Notes: generated by a model not told the origin, from the letters alone. A stretch of 64,000 nucleotides of DNA from an uncultured delta proteobacterium (GCA_963771175.1 CAVYSY010000028.1:32001-96000); one strand, 5' to 3'. Positions 33,326 to 42,388 are shown, counted from the stretch's first letter. Numbers and translations: made by a program.

Positions 33326-33895
33326 TTAGCGGATGTTGCCGATGATGGACTTCTGCGTCTCACCGCGCATCTTGATGACGTTGCTGATCATCTGGACCAT
33401 CTCGGAGTAGTTCTGCAGCTCGTACTGGGCCTTGAGGCGGGCGGCGTCCTTCGGGTCCAGGCCCTCGAGCGACTTCTGCTGGGTGGCCGACAGGCCCTTG
33501 CCCGTCTGCGCCATGGAGATGGCGTTGTCCCAGATGCCGCCGCCGCTGGCCGCGGTGGTCACCGCGTTGTTGATGGCGCCCGCCTCGACAGGCGAACGGG
33601 TCGGGATGCTCGGGGCCGGAGCCGCACCACCGGTCGCACCGCCCACGGGAGCGGGGGTGGTGGGCAGGTTGGTGCTCACGCCACCCTGGGTCGCGGAGGG
33701 CGAGGGCAGGCCGAGCGCCTTGGCAACCTGCTCCAGCAGGCTCTTCTTGGCACCCTCGAAGCCGGACTTGAAGAACTCGCCGATGACGTTCTTCAGCGCG
33801 TCCTTGACGCCGTTGAGAACCGTGCCGCCGATGCCGCCGCTGCCGAGGATCTTGCCGAGGTCAATCTTGGGAAGCTGGAAGCCGCCGATCTTCAT
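33326..33895 (-). CDS. 189-aa protein with T3SS needle (SctF)-like C-terminal helix, copy 1
   Basis: Clean ORF with GGAG RBS; ends AQYELQNYSEMVQMISNVIKMRGETQKSIIGNIR; the ORF is secure, the function is inferred. Confidence 0.75.
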   Translation of the reverse strand: MKIGGFQLPKIDLGKILGSGGIGGTVLNGVKDALKNVIGEFFKSGFEGAKKSLLEQVAKALGLPSPSATQGGVSTNLPTTPAPVGGATGGAAPAPSIPTRSPVEAGAINNAVTTAASGGGIWDNAISMAQTGKGLSATQQKSLEGLDPKDAARLKAQYELQNYSEMVQMISNVIKMRGETQKSIIGNIR

Positions 33896-33948
33896 TTGGG
33901 TCTCTCCGGGTGGAGGGCAGCGCCAGCGCCGCCCTGCTTACAAACAGA

Positions 33949-33975
33949 TTATCGCAAAGGCCGTCCGGGAGTTTC
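33949..33975 (-). promoter_or_regulatory. Putative sigma28 (FliA/WhiG)-type promoter, copy 1
   Basis: Minus strand GAAA-N15-TGCGATAA versus consensus TAAA-N15-GCCGATAA; conserved in both duplicates. Confidence 0.55.
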
Positions 33976-34050
33976 CTGCTGATTTATTTCTCCCGATTTT
34001 TCTCCGAATCCCCCGGCTGAAGCGGTGCGGCAGGCGGGGAGGCCGAACCC

Positions 34051-34097
34051 GCAAAAGCGAAGGGCGGGGCCCCAGTGAGGAGCACCCGCCCTGCTTC
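34051..34097 (-). terminator. Intrinsic terminator of duplicated gene, copy 2
   Basis: Same stem and U-rich tail as copy 1, with small loop changes. Confidence 0.7.
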
Positions 34098-34114
34098 ACC
34101 ACCCGCCGGACTGC

Positions 34115-34684
34115 TTAGCGGATGTTGCCGATGATGGACTTCTGCGTCTCACCGCGCATCTTGATGACGTTGCTGATCATCTGGACCATCTCGGAGTAGT
34201 TCTGCAGCTCGTACTGGGCCTTGAGGCGGGCGGCGTCCTTCGGGTCCAGGCCCTCGAGCGACTTCTGCTGGGTGGCCGACAGGCCCTTGCCCGTCTGCGC
34301 CATGGAGATGGCGTTGTCCCAGATGCCGCCGCCGCTGGCCGCGGTGGTCACCGCGTTGTTGATGGCGCCCGTCTCGACACCCGCGCGAGTCGGGATGCTC
34401 GGCGCGGGGGCCGCACCACCGGTCGCACCGCCCACCTGGGCGGGGGTGGAGGGCAGGTTGGTGCTCACGCCACCCTGGGTCGCGGAGGGCGAGGGCAGGC
34501 CGAGCGCCTTGGCAACCTGCTCCAGCAGGCTCTTCTTGGCACCCTCGAAGCCGGACTTGAAGAACTCGCCGACGACGTTCTTCAGCGCGTCCTTGACGCC
34601 GTTGAGAACCGTGCCGCCGATGCCGCCGCTGCCGAGGATCTTGCCGAGGTCAATCTTGGGAAGCTGGAAGCCGCCGATCTTCAT
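34115..34684 (-). CDS. 189-aa protein with T3SS needle (SctF)-like C-terminal helix, copy 2
   Basis: ATG at 34684; differs from copy 1 at 6 residues, 5 of them in the Pro-rich linker. Confidence 0.75.
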   Translation of the reverse strand: MKIGGFQLPKIDLGKILGSGGIGGTVLNGVKDALKNVVGEFFKSGFEGAKKSLLEQVAKALGLPSPSATQGGVSTNLPSTPAQVGGATGGAAPAPSIPTRAGVETGAINNAVTTAASGGGIWDNAISMAQTGKGLSATQQKSLEGLDPKDAARLKAQYELQNYSEMVQMISNVIKMRGETQKSIIGNIR

Positions 34685-34736
34685 TTGGTCTCTCCGGGTG
34701 GAGGGCAGCGCCAGCGCCGCCCTGCTTACAAACGGA

Positions 34737-34763
34737 TTATCGCAAAGGCCGTCCGGGAGTTTC
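34737..34763 (-). promoter_or_regulatory. Putative sigma28-type promoter, copy 2
   Basis: Identical GAAA-N15-TGCGATAA; similarity between the copies ends just upstream of the -35 element. Confidence 0.55.
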
Positions 34764-34799
34764 CTGCCCGAATTCTTTTTCTTTTTCCGGCCCCTTCTA

Positions 34800-34995
34800 C
34801 CCGCCCGCGCTGGCGGAGGAGCGCGGGGAGGCGCAGGAAGACGGCCTCCTCGAGCCGCACCCGGGGCCAGGCCGCTCGGGCGGAGGCGAGCAGCTCCGCG
34901 AGCACCGGCTCCAGCGAGGGCAGCTCCGCGTAGCCCCGCGGCTCCGGCCGCGAATGGAGGGCGAGCAGGCGGGCGAGCAGAAGCTGTGAGGCCAT
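34800..34995 (-). pseudogene. Possible N-terminal remnant of a Myxococcales-type sigma-70/ECF factor
   Basis: LEPVLAELLASARAAWPRVRLEEAVFLR resembles the N-terminal extension of myxobacterial ECF sigma factors; no region 2 or 4 follows. Confidence 0.35.
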
Positions 34996-35203
34996 GGGAG
35001 CGGACCCTGGCGCGATTACAGCGTGGAACGGGACTTTCCTCCGTTCTTACAGGCTCCGGGAAGGCGGGGTGAGCCGGGAGCCCGTGGGCCCCCGAGCAGA
35101 GGGAGCCCGCGCTTCCCCCTCGGGGTCCCCGGCACAACCCATGCTTGCACCTCCCCGACGCCGCGGGGGCGAGGGCGGCTCTCGGGCGCGTGTCGGGGGT
35201 GGC

Positions 35204-35824
35204 ATGGGGGTGAGGGAGCTGAAGGAAAAGGCGCTGGACCTCTACGCGCGGAGGAAGTTCGCGGACTGCGCGCGCACCTACGCCAAGCTGCTCGAGCTGG
35301 AGCCCAGGGACCCGCACCTGTACGTGCGCCACGCCGAGGCCTGGCGGCGCGCGGGAGATCGGCGCAAGGCGATCTCCTCCTACCGGACGGCGGCGGAGCT
35401 GCTGCTGCAGCTCGGGTGCGAGGCGCGGGCCCGGGCGGCGTTGAAGGTGGCGCTGGAGTTGGATCCCCGGGACTCGGAGGTGGCGCACGCACTGGCCCGA
35501 CTGACGCCCACGTACCCCCAGGGCAGGCCGGCCTCGCGCATTCCCGAGGACAAGCGGGACATGGTGGAGCTGCACACGCGGGCGGCGAACGTCCCGGGGC
35601 AGCGCGCCCTGCCCCCGGCACCGGCCTCGCCCGCGGCGCCCCTGCCCTCTCCGGCGGAGGTGCGGCGGCTCTCGGCGAATACCCTCGCCCTGAGGGCCGC
35701 ACCGGGGACGCGCTGGGTGGTGGTGTCCTCGCGCACACCCCTGACGGCCTACGAGGTGGATGAGCTGGAGCGGGTGATGACGCGGGAGTTCACCCTGGAA
35801 GTGACGCTCACTCCCGAGTCTTGA
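35204..35824 (+). CDS. TPR-containing protein
   Basis: VRELKEKA..LY...KFA.CA..Y..L..LEP.D helical repeats. Confidence 0.7.
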   Translation: MGVRELKEKALDLYARRKFADCARTYAKLLELEPRDPHLYVRHAEAWRRAGDRRKAISSYRTAAELLLQLGCEARARAALKVALELDPRDSEVAHALARLTPTYPQGRPASRIPEDKRDMVELHTRAANVPGQRALPPAPASPAAPLPSPAEVRRLSANTLALRAAPGTRWVVVSSRTPLTAYEVDELERVMTREFTLEVTLTPES

Positions 35825-35885
35825 GGCAGGGCACGGGGAGGAGGCACCTCCCCACGAGGAGCCCCCCCCACCCCGGCCGCGCCCC

Positions 35886-36188
35886 TCAGAGGGCCGCGGA
35901 TTCCCGCTGTTCCCGCTCGGTCTCGCTGGAGGAGTCCCCCAGGGAGGCCAGGAAGGCGTCCACGCGGGAGGCGTTCTTCTCGGTGGGCTCAGGCGCCCGC
36001 ACCATGGCCTCGCAGTGCTCGCTCTTGCGCTTGGGATGGCAGTGGCGGACACCGTAGACATGGTGGCAGCCGCACGCATCCACGCGCTTCTTGCCGCAGA
36101 CGGCCGGGTTGAACACCGGCGCCGTCTTCACATCCACCGGCCCCGCGTGCAGGGTCGCCGCCACCACCAATGCTCCGAGAATCCCCAT
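35886..36188 (-). CDS. Small secreted Cys/His-rich protein
   Basis: Signal-like N-terminus; C....DACGCHH.....HCH......C motif. Confidence 0.65.
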   Translation of the reverse strand: MGILGALVVAATLHAGPVDVKTAPVFNPAVCGKKRVDACGCHHVYGVRHCHPKRKSEHCEAMVRAPEPTEKNASRVDAFLASLGDSSSETEREQRESAAL

Positions 36189-36386
36189 CTCCCAACCCCC
36201 CTTGAGTCTCCGGGGAAAGGAATGGGAATTCTTCAGTGAAGGGGCAACTGCGGGCGCTCGGGAGCGAACATCTCACGGGCACCGGCCGTTGACCGGTCGC
36301 AGGGCTGGCCGCTCGTTTTGTCCGTCAGCTCCCACAAGACGCTTCCGTCGCTACCGTCGGTTGAAGGACTCCGCGGGGAAATCGCC

Positions 36387-37739
36387 ATGAGCTGGACGCA
36401 AAGGTTGGAGAAGGTCGCGGAGGGGCATTTCGTCCTGCCGAAGACGAAGACGATGCGGGTGGATGCCCACCTGTTCCTCTCGGACAAGCTGCTGTGGGGC
36501 GAGGGCCCCGAGCTGCCCGGTCTCGAGGAGGCGGTGTTCGACCAGGTGGTGAACGCGGCGTCCTTCCCGGGGGTGACCCGGGTGGCGGTGACGCCGGACT
36601 GTCACGTGGGCTACGGCGTGCCCATCGGCACGGTGGTGGAGACGGAGGGAATCCTGCTCCCCACGGCGGCCGGCTACGACATCGGCTGCGGCATGGTGCA
36701 GCTCAAGACGACGCTCACCGCCGAGGACGTGGCCGACAAGGCGAAGCGCCGGCAGTGGATTGACGAGGTGACGAAGCGCATCGCCGTGGGCGTGGGGGCG
36801 TCGCGGGTGCAGAAGCAGCGGAGCATCAACGCGCGCACGTTCGCCGAGGTGGTGCGCCATGGGGCCAAGGCCCTGGGCCGCAACGCGTCCACCACCGAGC
36901 GCGACTTCATCCCGGTGGAGGACGACCGGGTGGACATCCCCGAGCGGGCCTACGACAAGAGGGACCAGTTGGGCAGCCTCGGGGGCGGCAACCACTTCAC
37001 CGAGATGCAGGTGGACGAGGAGGGCCGCGTGTGGGTGATGTTGCACACGGGCAGCCGGGGCTTCGGGTGGAACATCGCGAAGCACTACTTCGTCGAGGGC
37101 GCGGCGGCGCTGGGGCTGAGCAAGCGCAGCGAGGACTTCATCTGGCTGGACGCGGACAGCCGGCTGGGGCGCGAGTACTGGAACCTGCACAACATGGCGG
37201 CCAACTTCGCGGTGGCCAACCGGCTCCTCATCGGCGAGGCGGTGTGCGCGGCGCTCGAGGAGGTGTTCGGCGGGACGGCGGACATCTATTACGAGATTTC
37301 CCACAACCTCATCCAGAAGGAGGCGGGGAAGTTCGTGGCGCGCAAGGGGGCGACGCGGGCCTTCCCGGGCGGGCACCCGGCGCTGCGCCGGACGCAGTGG
37401 GAGAAGTCGGGGCACCCCATCCTGATTCCGGGCTCGATGGAGACGGGCAGTGCCATCCTCTTCGCGCAGGAGGGAGCGGAGGCCTCCATCTACTCGGTGA
37501 ACCACGGCGCGGGGCGGCGGCTGTCGCGCGGCGAGGCCCGGCGGGTGCTCAACCAGTCCGAGACGGACCAGCGCATGTCCGAGGCGGGCATCCTGCTCAA
37601 CACGCGCACGACGCCGCTGGACGAGTCGGGGCCCTGCTACAAGAACCTCGACGACGTGCTGGAGACGGTGGAGATGGCGGGTCTGGCCAAGGTGGCCCGG
37701 CGCCTCAAGCCCGTGGCCTGCATCAAGGGCGCGGACTGA
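36387..37739 (+). CDS. rtcB: RtcB family RNA ligase
   Basis: PDCHVGYG, GYDIGCG, GSLGGGNHF, HTGSRG, SHN, RKGAT, PGSM, HGAGR (guanylylated His), terminal IKG. Confidence 0.92.
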   Translation: MSWTQRLEKVAEGHFVLPKTKTMRVDAHLFLSDKLLWGEGPELPGLEEAVFDQVVNAASFPGVTRVAVTPDCHVGYGVPIGTVVETEGILLPTAAGYDIGCGMVQLKTTLTAEDVADKAKRRQWIDEVTKRIAVGVGASRVQKQRSINARTFAEVVRHGAKALGRNASTTERDFIPVEDDRVDIPERAYDKRDQLGSLGGGNHFTEMQVDEEGRVWVMLHTGSRGFGWNIAKHYFVEGAAALGLSKRSEDFIWLDADSRLGREYWNLHNMAANFAVANRLLIGEAVCAALEEVFGGTADIYYEISHNLIQKEAGKFVARKGATRAFPGGHPALRRTQWEKSGHPILIPGSMETGSAILFAQEGAEASIYSVNHGAGRRLSRGEARRVLNQSETDQRMSEAGILLNTRTTPLDESGPCYKNLDDVLETVEMAGLAKVARRLKPVACIKGAD

Positions 37740-37775
37740 CCTCCCCTCTCCTTAGGGAGCGGCGGCTCGCCCCCC

Positions 37776-37840
37776 CCTTATTTAAGCCCGCTTTCCTAAA
37801 GGCCGGCCTTATTTAAACAAGAGCGGCATTGCTTAAATAG
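37776..37840. promoter_or_regulatory. AT-rich operator-like repeats upstream of the Fic gene
   Basis: ccttatttaa at 37776 and 37807 plus inverted ttaaatag at 37833-37840. Confidence 0.45.
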
Positions 37841-37864
37841 CGCCCCGGTGTTTCGCTCCTCCTC

Positions 37865-39055
37865 ATGAGTTCGGAGCGATCGCAGCACCTGGAAGGTCGC
37901 CTCGGCCGTTACGTCGAAACCGTAGCGGCTGGCGAAACGGTTCGCGCATTTGTACCGCCTGCGCTTCCCCCCCAGCCGGAAATCGATGTCTTGAGTCTAC
38001 TGCCGCGTCTGAGCGCGGCCGAGCGTGCGCTCGGTCGGCTGGATGGTATTACCGTCCTGCTACCGAGCCAGGAACTCTTCCTCTACATGTACGTACGTAA
38101 GGAAGCAGTCCTCTCCTCTCAGATCGAGGGCACGCAGTCGACGTTGTCCGACCTGCTTCGCTTCGAGACCGAGGCGCAGGAAGGCCAACCCATCGACGAC
38201 ATCCGAGAGGTGTCCAACTACGTCGATGCCATGATGTATGGCCTTGACCGGCTTCGGGAATTGCCGCTCTCGCTGCGGCTCGTGCGAGAGATGCACACGC
38301 GGCTCCTGCGCAGCGGGCGTGGCGGCACGAAGAACCCGGGAGAGTTCCGCCGTTCGCAAAACTGGCTCGGCGGCACCCGGCCCGGCAACGCCATGTTCGT
38401 GCCGCCCCCAGTCAGCGAGCTGGACGCCTGTCTCGATAGCCTGGAGCGGTTCATGCACGAGAACACCTCGCGCCTGCCGGCCCTCATCAAGGCGGGGCTC
38501 CTTCACGTCCAGTTCGAGACGATCCATCCCTTCCTGGACGGCAACGGCCGCATCGGGCGTCTGCTCGTGACCCTCTACCTGTGCGTGGAGGACGTGCTGA
38601 AGAAACCCCTGCTCTATCTGAGCCTCTACCTGAAGACACATCGGGCCGACTACTACCGCTTGCTCCAGGAGGTGCGCGAGCGTGGCGCCTGGGAGGCCTG
38701 GCTCGAATTCTTTCTCAACGGTGTCGCGGAGACCGCCAATCAGGCCTTCGACGCCGCGACTCGGATCGTCGACCTGTTCAAGCGGGACAGAGAACGGATC
38801 ACCGCGCGAAGTGAGCGGGCTGGTTCGTCCCTGCGCGTACATGACCTACTGCAGCAAAACCCGTTCGCCACGGCGAACACGCTGGTCGCGAGCACGGGCC
38901 TCAGCGCGCCAACCGTCAACGCGGCTCTGGCCGACCTGGGGCGGCTCGGCATCGTCGACGAAGTCACCGGACGCCGCCGCGGTCGCGTCTTCGCCTACCG
39001 GGAGTATCTCGACATCCTGAGCGAAGGCACCGCGCCCCTGCCGACCGGCGAGTGA
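37865..39055 (+). CDS. Fic family protein (Fic_N + Fic + C-terminal HTH)
   Basis: EAVLSSQIEGT inhibitory motif, HPFLDGNGRIGR catalytic motif, C-terminal wHTH-like segment. Confidence 0.92.
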   Translation: MSSERSQHLEGRLGRYVETVAAGETVRAFVPPALPPQPEIDVLSLLPRLSAAERALGRLDGITVLLPSQELFLYMYVRKEAVLSSQIEGTQSTLSDLLRFETEAQEGQPIDDIREVSNYVDAMMYGLDRLRELPLSLRLVREMHTRLLRSGRGGTKNPGEFRRSQNWLGGTRPGNAMFVPPPVSELDACLDSLERFMHENTSRLPALIKAGLLHVQFETIHPFLDGNGRIGRLLVTLYLCVEDVLKKPLLYLSLYLKTHRADYYRLLQEVRERGAWEAWLEFFLNGVAETANQAFDAATRIVDLFKRDRERITARSERAGSSLRVHDLLQQNPFATANTLVASTGLSAPTVNAALADLGRLGIVDEVTGRRRGRVFAYREYLDILSEGTAPLPTGE

Positions 39056-39217
39056 AGACCCAGGTGCTGAGCCGCAACGCGTCCACCCAGGAGCGCGACC
39101 TGAGGGACGGGGAGCGGACCTCCCGGGTTGACTCGGTGTAGGCCCCCTCTCTCCCTGGGGTGAGGGACTTCCCCACTCGTCTCACCCCGGGGGCGCGCGC
39201 TAGAGTGGGAAACCGAG

Positions 39218-40117
39218 ATGAATGCGCCGGCCACCGTCCCCTCCCCCACGCCCTCCCGTGAGGCCGAGCTCACACGTGCCGAGGCCGAGCTCGCCAGCCA
39301 AGAAGCCCGCCTCGCGGAACAGCTCAACCGGGAGGCCGCGGAGACCGAAACCCTCGTGCGCCGGGTGACGGAGCTGCGGCAGGAGGTGTCGCGGCTCCCC
39401 CCCGAACGCCAGGACGATGATGCCGTGCGCACCGCGAAAGACCGGCTCCTGTCGGCCGTGATGAACACGGACTCGACGGAGGACGCGCGGGAGCGGGCGC
39501 TGGCCGCGCGCCACGAGGCACTGGAGGCCCGTCTCCGGTCGAGCAAGGAGGCGCAGGCGGCGCTGAAGCTGCTGCAGCAGCTCAACACCCAGGCACGCCA
39601 GGAGCTGACCGAGGCCGAGTCGGGGCTGAAGCGCGCGGCGGAGGCGGCGGCGAAGGCCCAGCGCGAGCGCGAGACGGCGGCGAAGCGCGAGGCCACCCAG
39701 GCCCGTCAGGCGGCGCTCCAGGCCCGTCAGGTGGTGCTCTCCCAGGGCAACGTCACCCTCCCCGAGCCGAGCCCGCTGGGCGCACGGCTGTCGCGCGTCC
39801 GGATGCAGGCGATGATCGACCTGCGCAGCGACTCGAACTTCTTCACGGGCTTCTCCACGAACATCAGCGAGGGCGGCGTCTTCGTCGCGACGGTGCAGGC
39901 GGTGCCGCGCGGGACGACGGTGGACCTGGACTTCACCCTGCCCGGCGGCCGGCCAATGAAGGTGTCCGGGGTGGTGCGCTGGACGCGCGAGGTGAACGAC
40001 AAGACGCCCGAGCTGATGCCGGGGCTCGGCGTACAGTTCACCCAGCTGCCTCCGGAGGTGGCCTCGGCCATCTCGGACTTCGTGGCCACGCGCGAGCCGC
40101 TGTTCTTCCCGGACTGA
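39218..40117 (+). CDS. Coiled-coil protein with C-terminal TIGR02266-type PilZ-like domain
   Basis: SDSNFFTGFSTNISEGGVFVAT, G.VRW.RE, PGLGVQF, REPLFF. Confidence 0.85.
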   Translation: MNAPATVPSPTPSREAELTRAEAELASQEARLAEQLNREAAETETLVRRVTELRQEVSRLPPERQDDDAVRTAKDRLLSAVMNTDSTEDARERALAARHEALEARLRSSKEAQAALKLLQQLNTQARQELTEAESGLKRAAEAAAKAQRERETAAKREATQARQAALQARQVVLSQGNVTLPEPSPLGARLSRVRMQAMIDLRSDSNFFTGFSTNISEGGVFVATVQAVPRGTTVDLDFTLPGGRPMKVSGVVRWTREVNDKTPELMPGLGVQFTQLPPEVASAISDFVATREPLFFPD

Positions 40118-40147
40118 GCCTCGCTCAGCGGTGTCGGGTCCTGCCTC

Positions 40148-40677
40148 TCAGAGCGCCACGCCCACCTCGAGCAAGGTGAGCCCGTAGAGCAGGCCGAGCC
40201 CGGGCCGGTCGCTCCCCACACCCACGCCGAGCTCGAAGAGGGACACCTGCGCCTGCCCCAGGTTGAAGCGCGCGGGCGCGAGCGTCACCCCGAGCCCCAG
40301 TGATGGCACCGGGCTGATCGCGGGGTGCTCGGGGGTGACGAAGTCCAGCCGGTCGCCGAAGAGGCCGGTGAGGCTCACCAGCGCCGCCGGAGCCCACCAC
40401 CCCTGGCGCTGCACGCCCGCTCCCACCCGCACCGCCAGCGCCGCGCCCAGGCCCGTGAGCCCGCTCGCATCCGCCTGGAGCAGCCACCGCCCGTCCACCG
40501 TGTCCCGCAGGCCGAAGCCACCTCCCACTCCGCCGTGGGTGCGCGACTGCGAGAGGTACACCGTCACCCCCGAGCGGGCATACAGCGAGAGCTGGTGTCT
40601 CGGGGCACCGCGGCCTCCTCGGCCGGAGCCGGCGCGGCCGCCAGCGTGGAGAGCACCAGGAGCGTGGAAGCCATCAT
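40148..40677 (-). CDS. Hypothetical outer-membrane beta-strand protein; frameshift near 40595
   Basis: Signal peptide MMASTLLVLSTLAAA; alternating hydrophobic strands; ATGA overlap with the peptidase stop. Confidence 0.55.
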
Positions 40678-41681
40678 GGCAGCGGTCCCTCCGCCCAGAA
40701 GGCGAGGCCGGCGGCGGACAGCCGCGTGACGTCGGTGAGGAAGTCCGCATCCAACGTGGAGGGCACGTCTTTGTCGGTGTGGTAGTGGGGGTTGCGGAAG
40801 TTGGCGGTGTCGGTGAGGAAGAGGGAGCTCTGCCCGGCCATCCAGAAGGGGGCGTGGTCGCTGCGCATGAGGTTGCCGGTGGCGGGGCCAGTGCCATCCC
40901 CTGGCGTCAGCACGCCCCGCAGGGACACGCCGAGCCGGGAGCCCAGCGCGTACAGCTCCTCCAGCCGGACGTTTGACCGCTCGTTGGCGATGGCGGCGAT
41001 GAAGTCGCCCGTGTCGGGGATGGGGAAGCCGGGCAGGCCCAGTTGGGCGCCGGGGGTCGGGTCCTTGTAGCCGATGCAGTCGAAGACAATCGAGGTGACG
41101 ACCTTCTCCTCCGGGTGCGCACTCACGTAGCGCGTGCTGCCCACCAACCCGAACTCCTCCAGGTCGAAGCCCACGAAGCGCACGGTGCGCGCGAAGCGCT
41201 TGCCCGAGGCCAGCCGCGCCATCTCCAACATCGCCGCCACGCCCGAGCTGTTGTCATCCGCTCCCGCGTAGTAGGCGTCGTAGTGGGCGCCCACCACCAC
41301 CACCTCGTCGGGGCGCTCGGTGCCGCGCAGCTCGGCGATGACGTTGGAGGTGGGAAAGCGCGGGTCGTCCACGTCGTGCGTGGAGACGCTGTAGCCGAGC
41401 GACTCGAAGCGCCGGAGCACGAGCTGGCGGGCCTTCTCGCGGGTGAGGTTGCACACCGGCCGGCGCGCGTTGTCGAGCTCCGAGGGCGCGAAGAGGCCAC
41501 AGTCGAGCGGAGTGTCCTCGCGGTGCGCGGCGACGAGCACGTCCACGTCCGACATCAGGCGCTGCTGCTCCACGCCCGCGGCGAAGTCCCCGGCGCGGGA
41601 GAGGCCGGCCTCATCGGGAGCGGACCGCGAGGCGCAGGAGCTCACGGCGAGGAAGAGGAGTGTGGCGGACAGGGCTCTCAC
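40674..41681 (-). CDS. M28 family metallopeptidase, lipoprotein
   Basis: VGAHYD, GADDNSSG, DLEE, RSDHAPF, YHT..D; lipobox VSSC. Confidence 0.88.
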   Translation of the reverse strand: MRALSATLLFLAVSSCASRSAPDEAGLSRAGDFAAGVEQQRLMSDVDVLVAAHREDTPLDCGLFAPSELDNARRPVCNLTREKARQLVLRRFESLGYSVSTHDVDDPRFPTSNVIAELRGTERPDEVVVVGAHYDAYYAGADDNSSGVAAMLEMARLASGKRFARTVRFVGFDLEEFGLVGSTRYVSAHPEEKVVTSIVFDCIGYKDPTPGAQLGLPGFPIPDTGDFIAAIANERSNVRLEELYALGSRLGVSLRGVLTPGDGTGPATGNLMRSDHAPFWMAGQSSLFLTDTANFRNPHYHTDKDVPSTLDADFLTDVTRLSAAGLAFWAEGPLP

Positions 41682-42214
41682 AGCGTCATCCCCAGGTGCA
41701 GGAGGCCGAGCTGCAGGCGCAGGGTGGAGCCGGGCCGGTTGAGGGTGGTGCCCCACTGGAGCTCGAGGGCGCTCACGGTGAAGCGGCGGAAGGCGAAGCG
41801 CAGGGGCACGGCGTGCAGGGCGACGTAGGCGGGCCCGAGCTCCTCGGCCTGCCGGCGAAAGAGGTCCTCGGGGAAGCCGCCCGCCGGAGTGAGGATGATG
41901 GGCAGGCCGCTGAGGCCCAGCTCCGGGCCCACCGCGGGCCGCCACGCACCGGATTGCGTGGAGAGCAGGGCACGGGCGTAGAGCTCGACTGGCAGGTTGC
42001 CCCGACCCGAGGGGGCCCAGCGCACCCCGCCTCCGAGTCGCCAGGAGCCGAGCTCGCGCGCATAGGCGGCCTCGAGGGCCAGGCGGGGAGCGGAGATGTT
42101 GTAGGCGCCGCCGTTGGTGAGGGTGACGGCGGTGGCCCCGAGGGACACGTCGTGTCCGGCGGCGGCTACGACGCTCGGAAGGAGCGAGGCGGCGAGGAGC
42201 AACCAGGAGCGCAT
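41678..42214 (-). CDS. Hypothetical outer-membrane beta-strand protein
   Basis: Signal peptide, amphipathic strands, C-terminal LLHLGMTL; 4-bp overlap with the peptidase start. Confidence 0.6.
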   Translation of the reverse strand: MRSWLLLAASLLPSVVAAAGHDVSLGATAVTLTNGGAYNISAPRLALEAAYARELGSWRLGGGVRWAPSGRGNLPVELYARALLSTQSGAWRPAVGPELGLSGLPIILTPAGGFPEDLFRRQAEELGPAYVALHAVPLRFAFRRFTVSALELQWGTTLNRPGSTLRLQLGLLHLGMTL

Positions 42215-42388
42215 GGGCGGAGGACTCTAGCCCGTGCCCCGAGCAGGCGCGAGGCGGGCGCCCCCGTCGCAGCAGGCAGCCAGGCCCCGTCCGCGCCTCC
42301 ACGGCTGGCCCACCCTGGCGCCGCACCCCACCTTTCGCACGAACGAAGCCGCGGGCCCGGGGAGGCCCGAGCGGAAGGGAGCCTCGGG

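Noticed and set aside
33258..34767. Tandem duplication as an assembly artefact
   Set aside because: The copies differ by clustered in-frame substitutions and both ORFs are intact, which fits real paralogues
34115..36079. 654-aa ORF from the track ending in the needle-like protein
   Set aside because: The true start is the ATG at 34684, matching copy 1 with its own RBS and promoter; the upstream part is antisense to the TPR gene
36290..36330. Sigma54 promoter upstream of rtcB
   Set aside because: TGGC is present but there is no GC at the required -12 spacing, and no rtcR nearby
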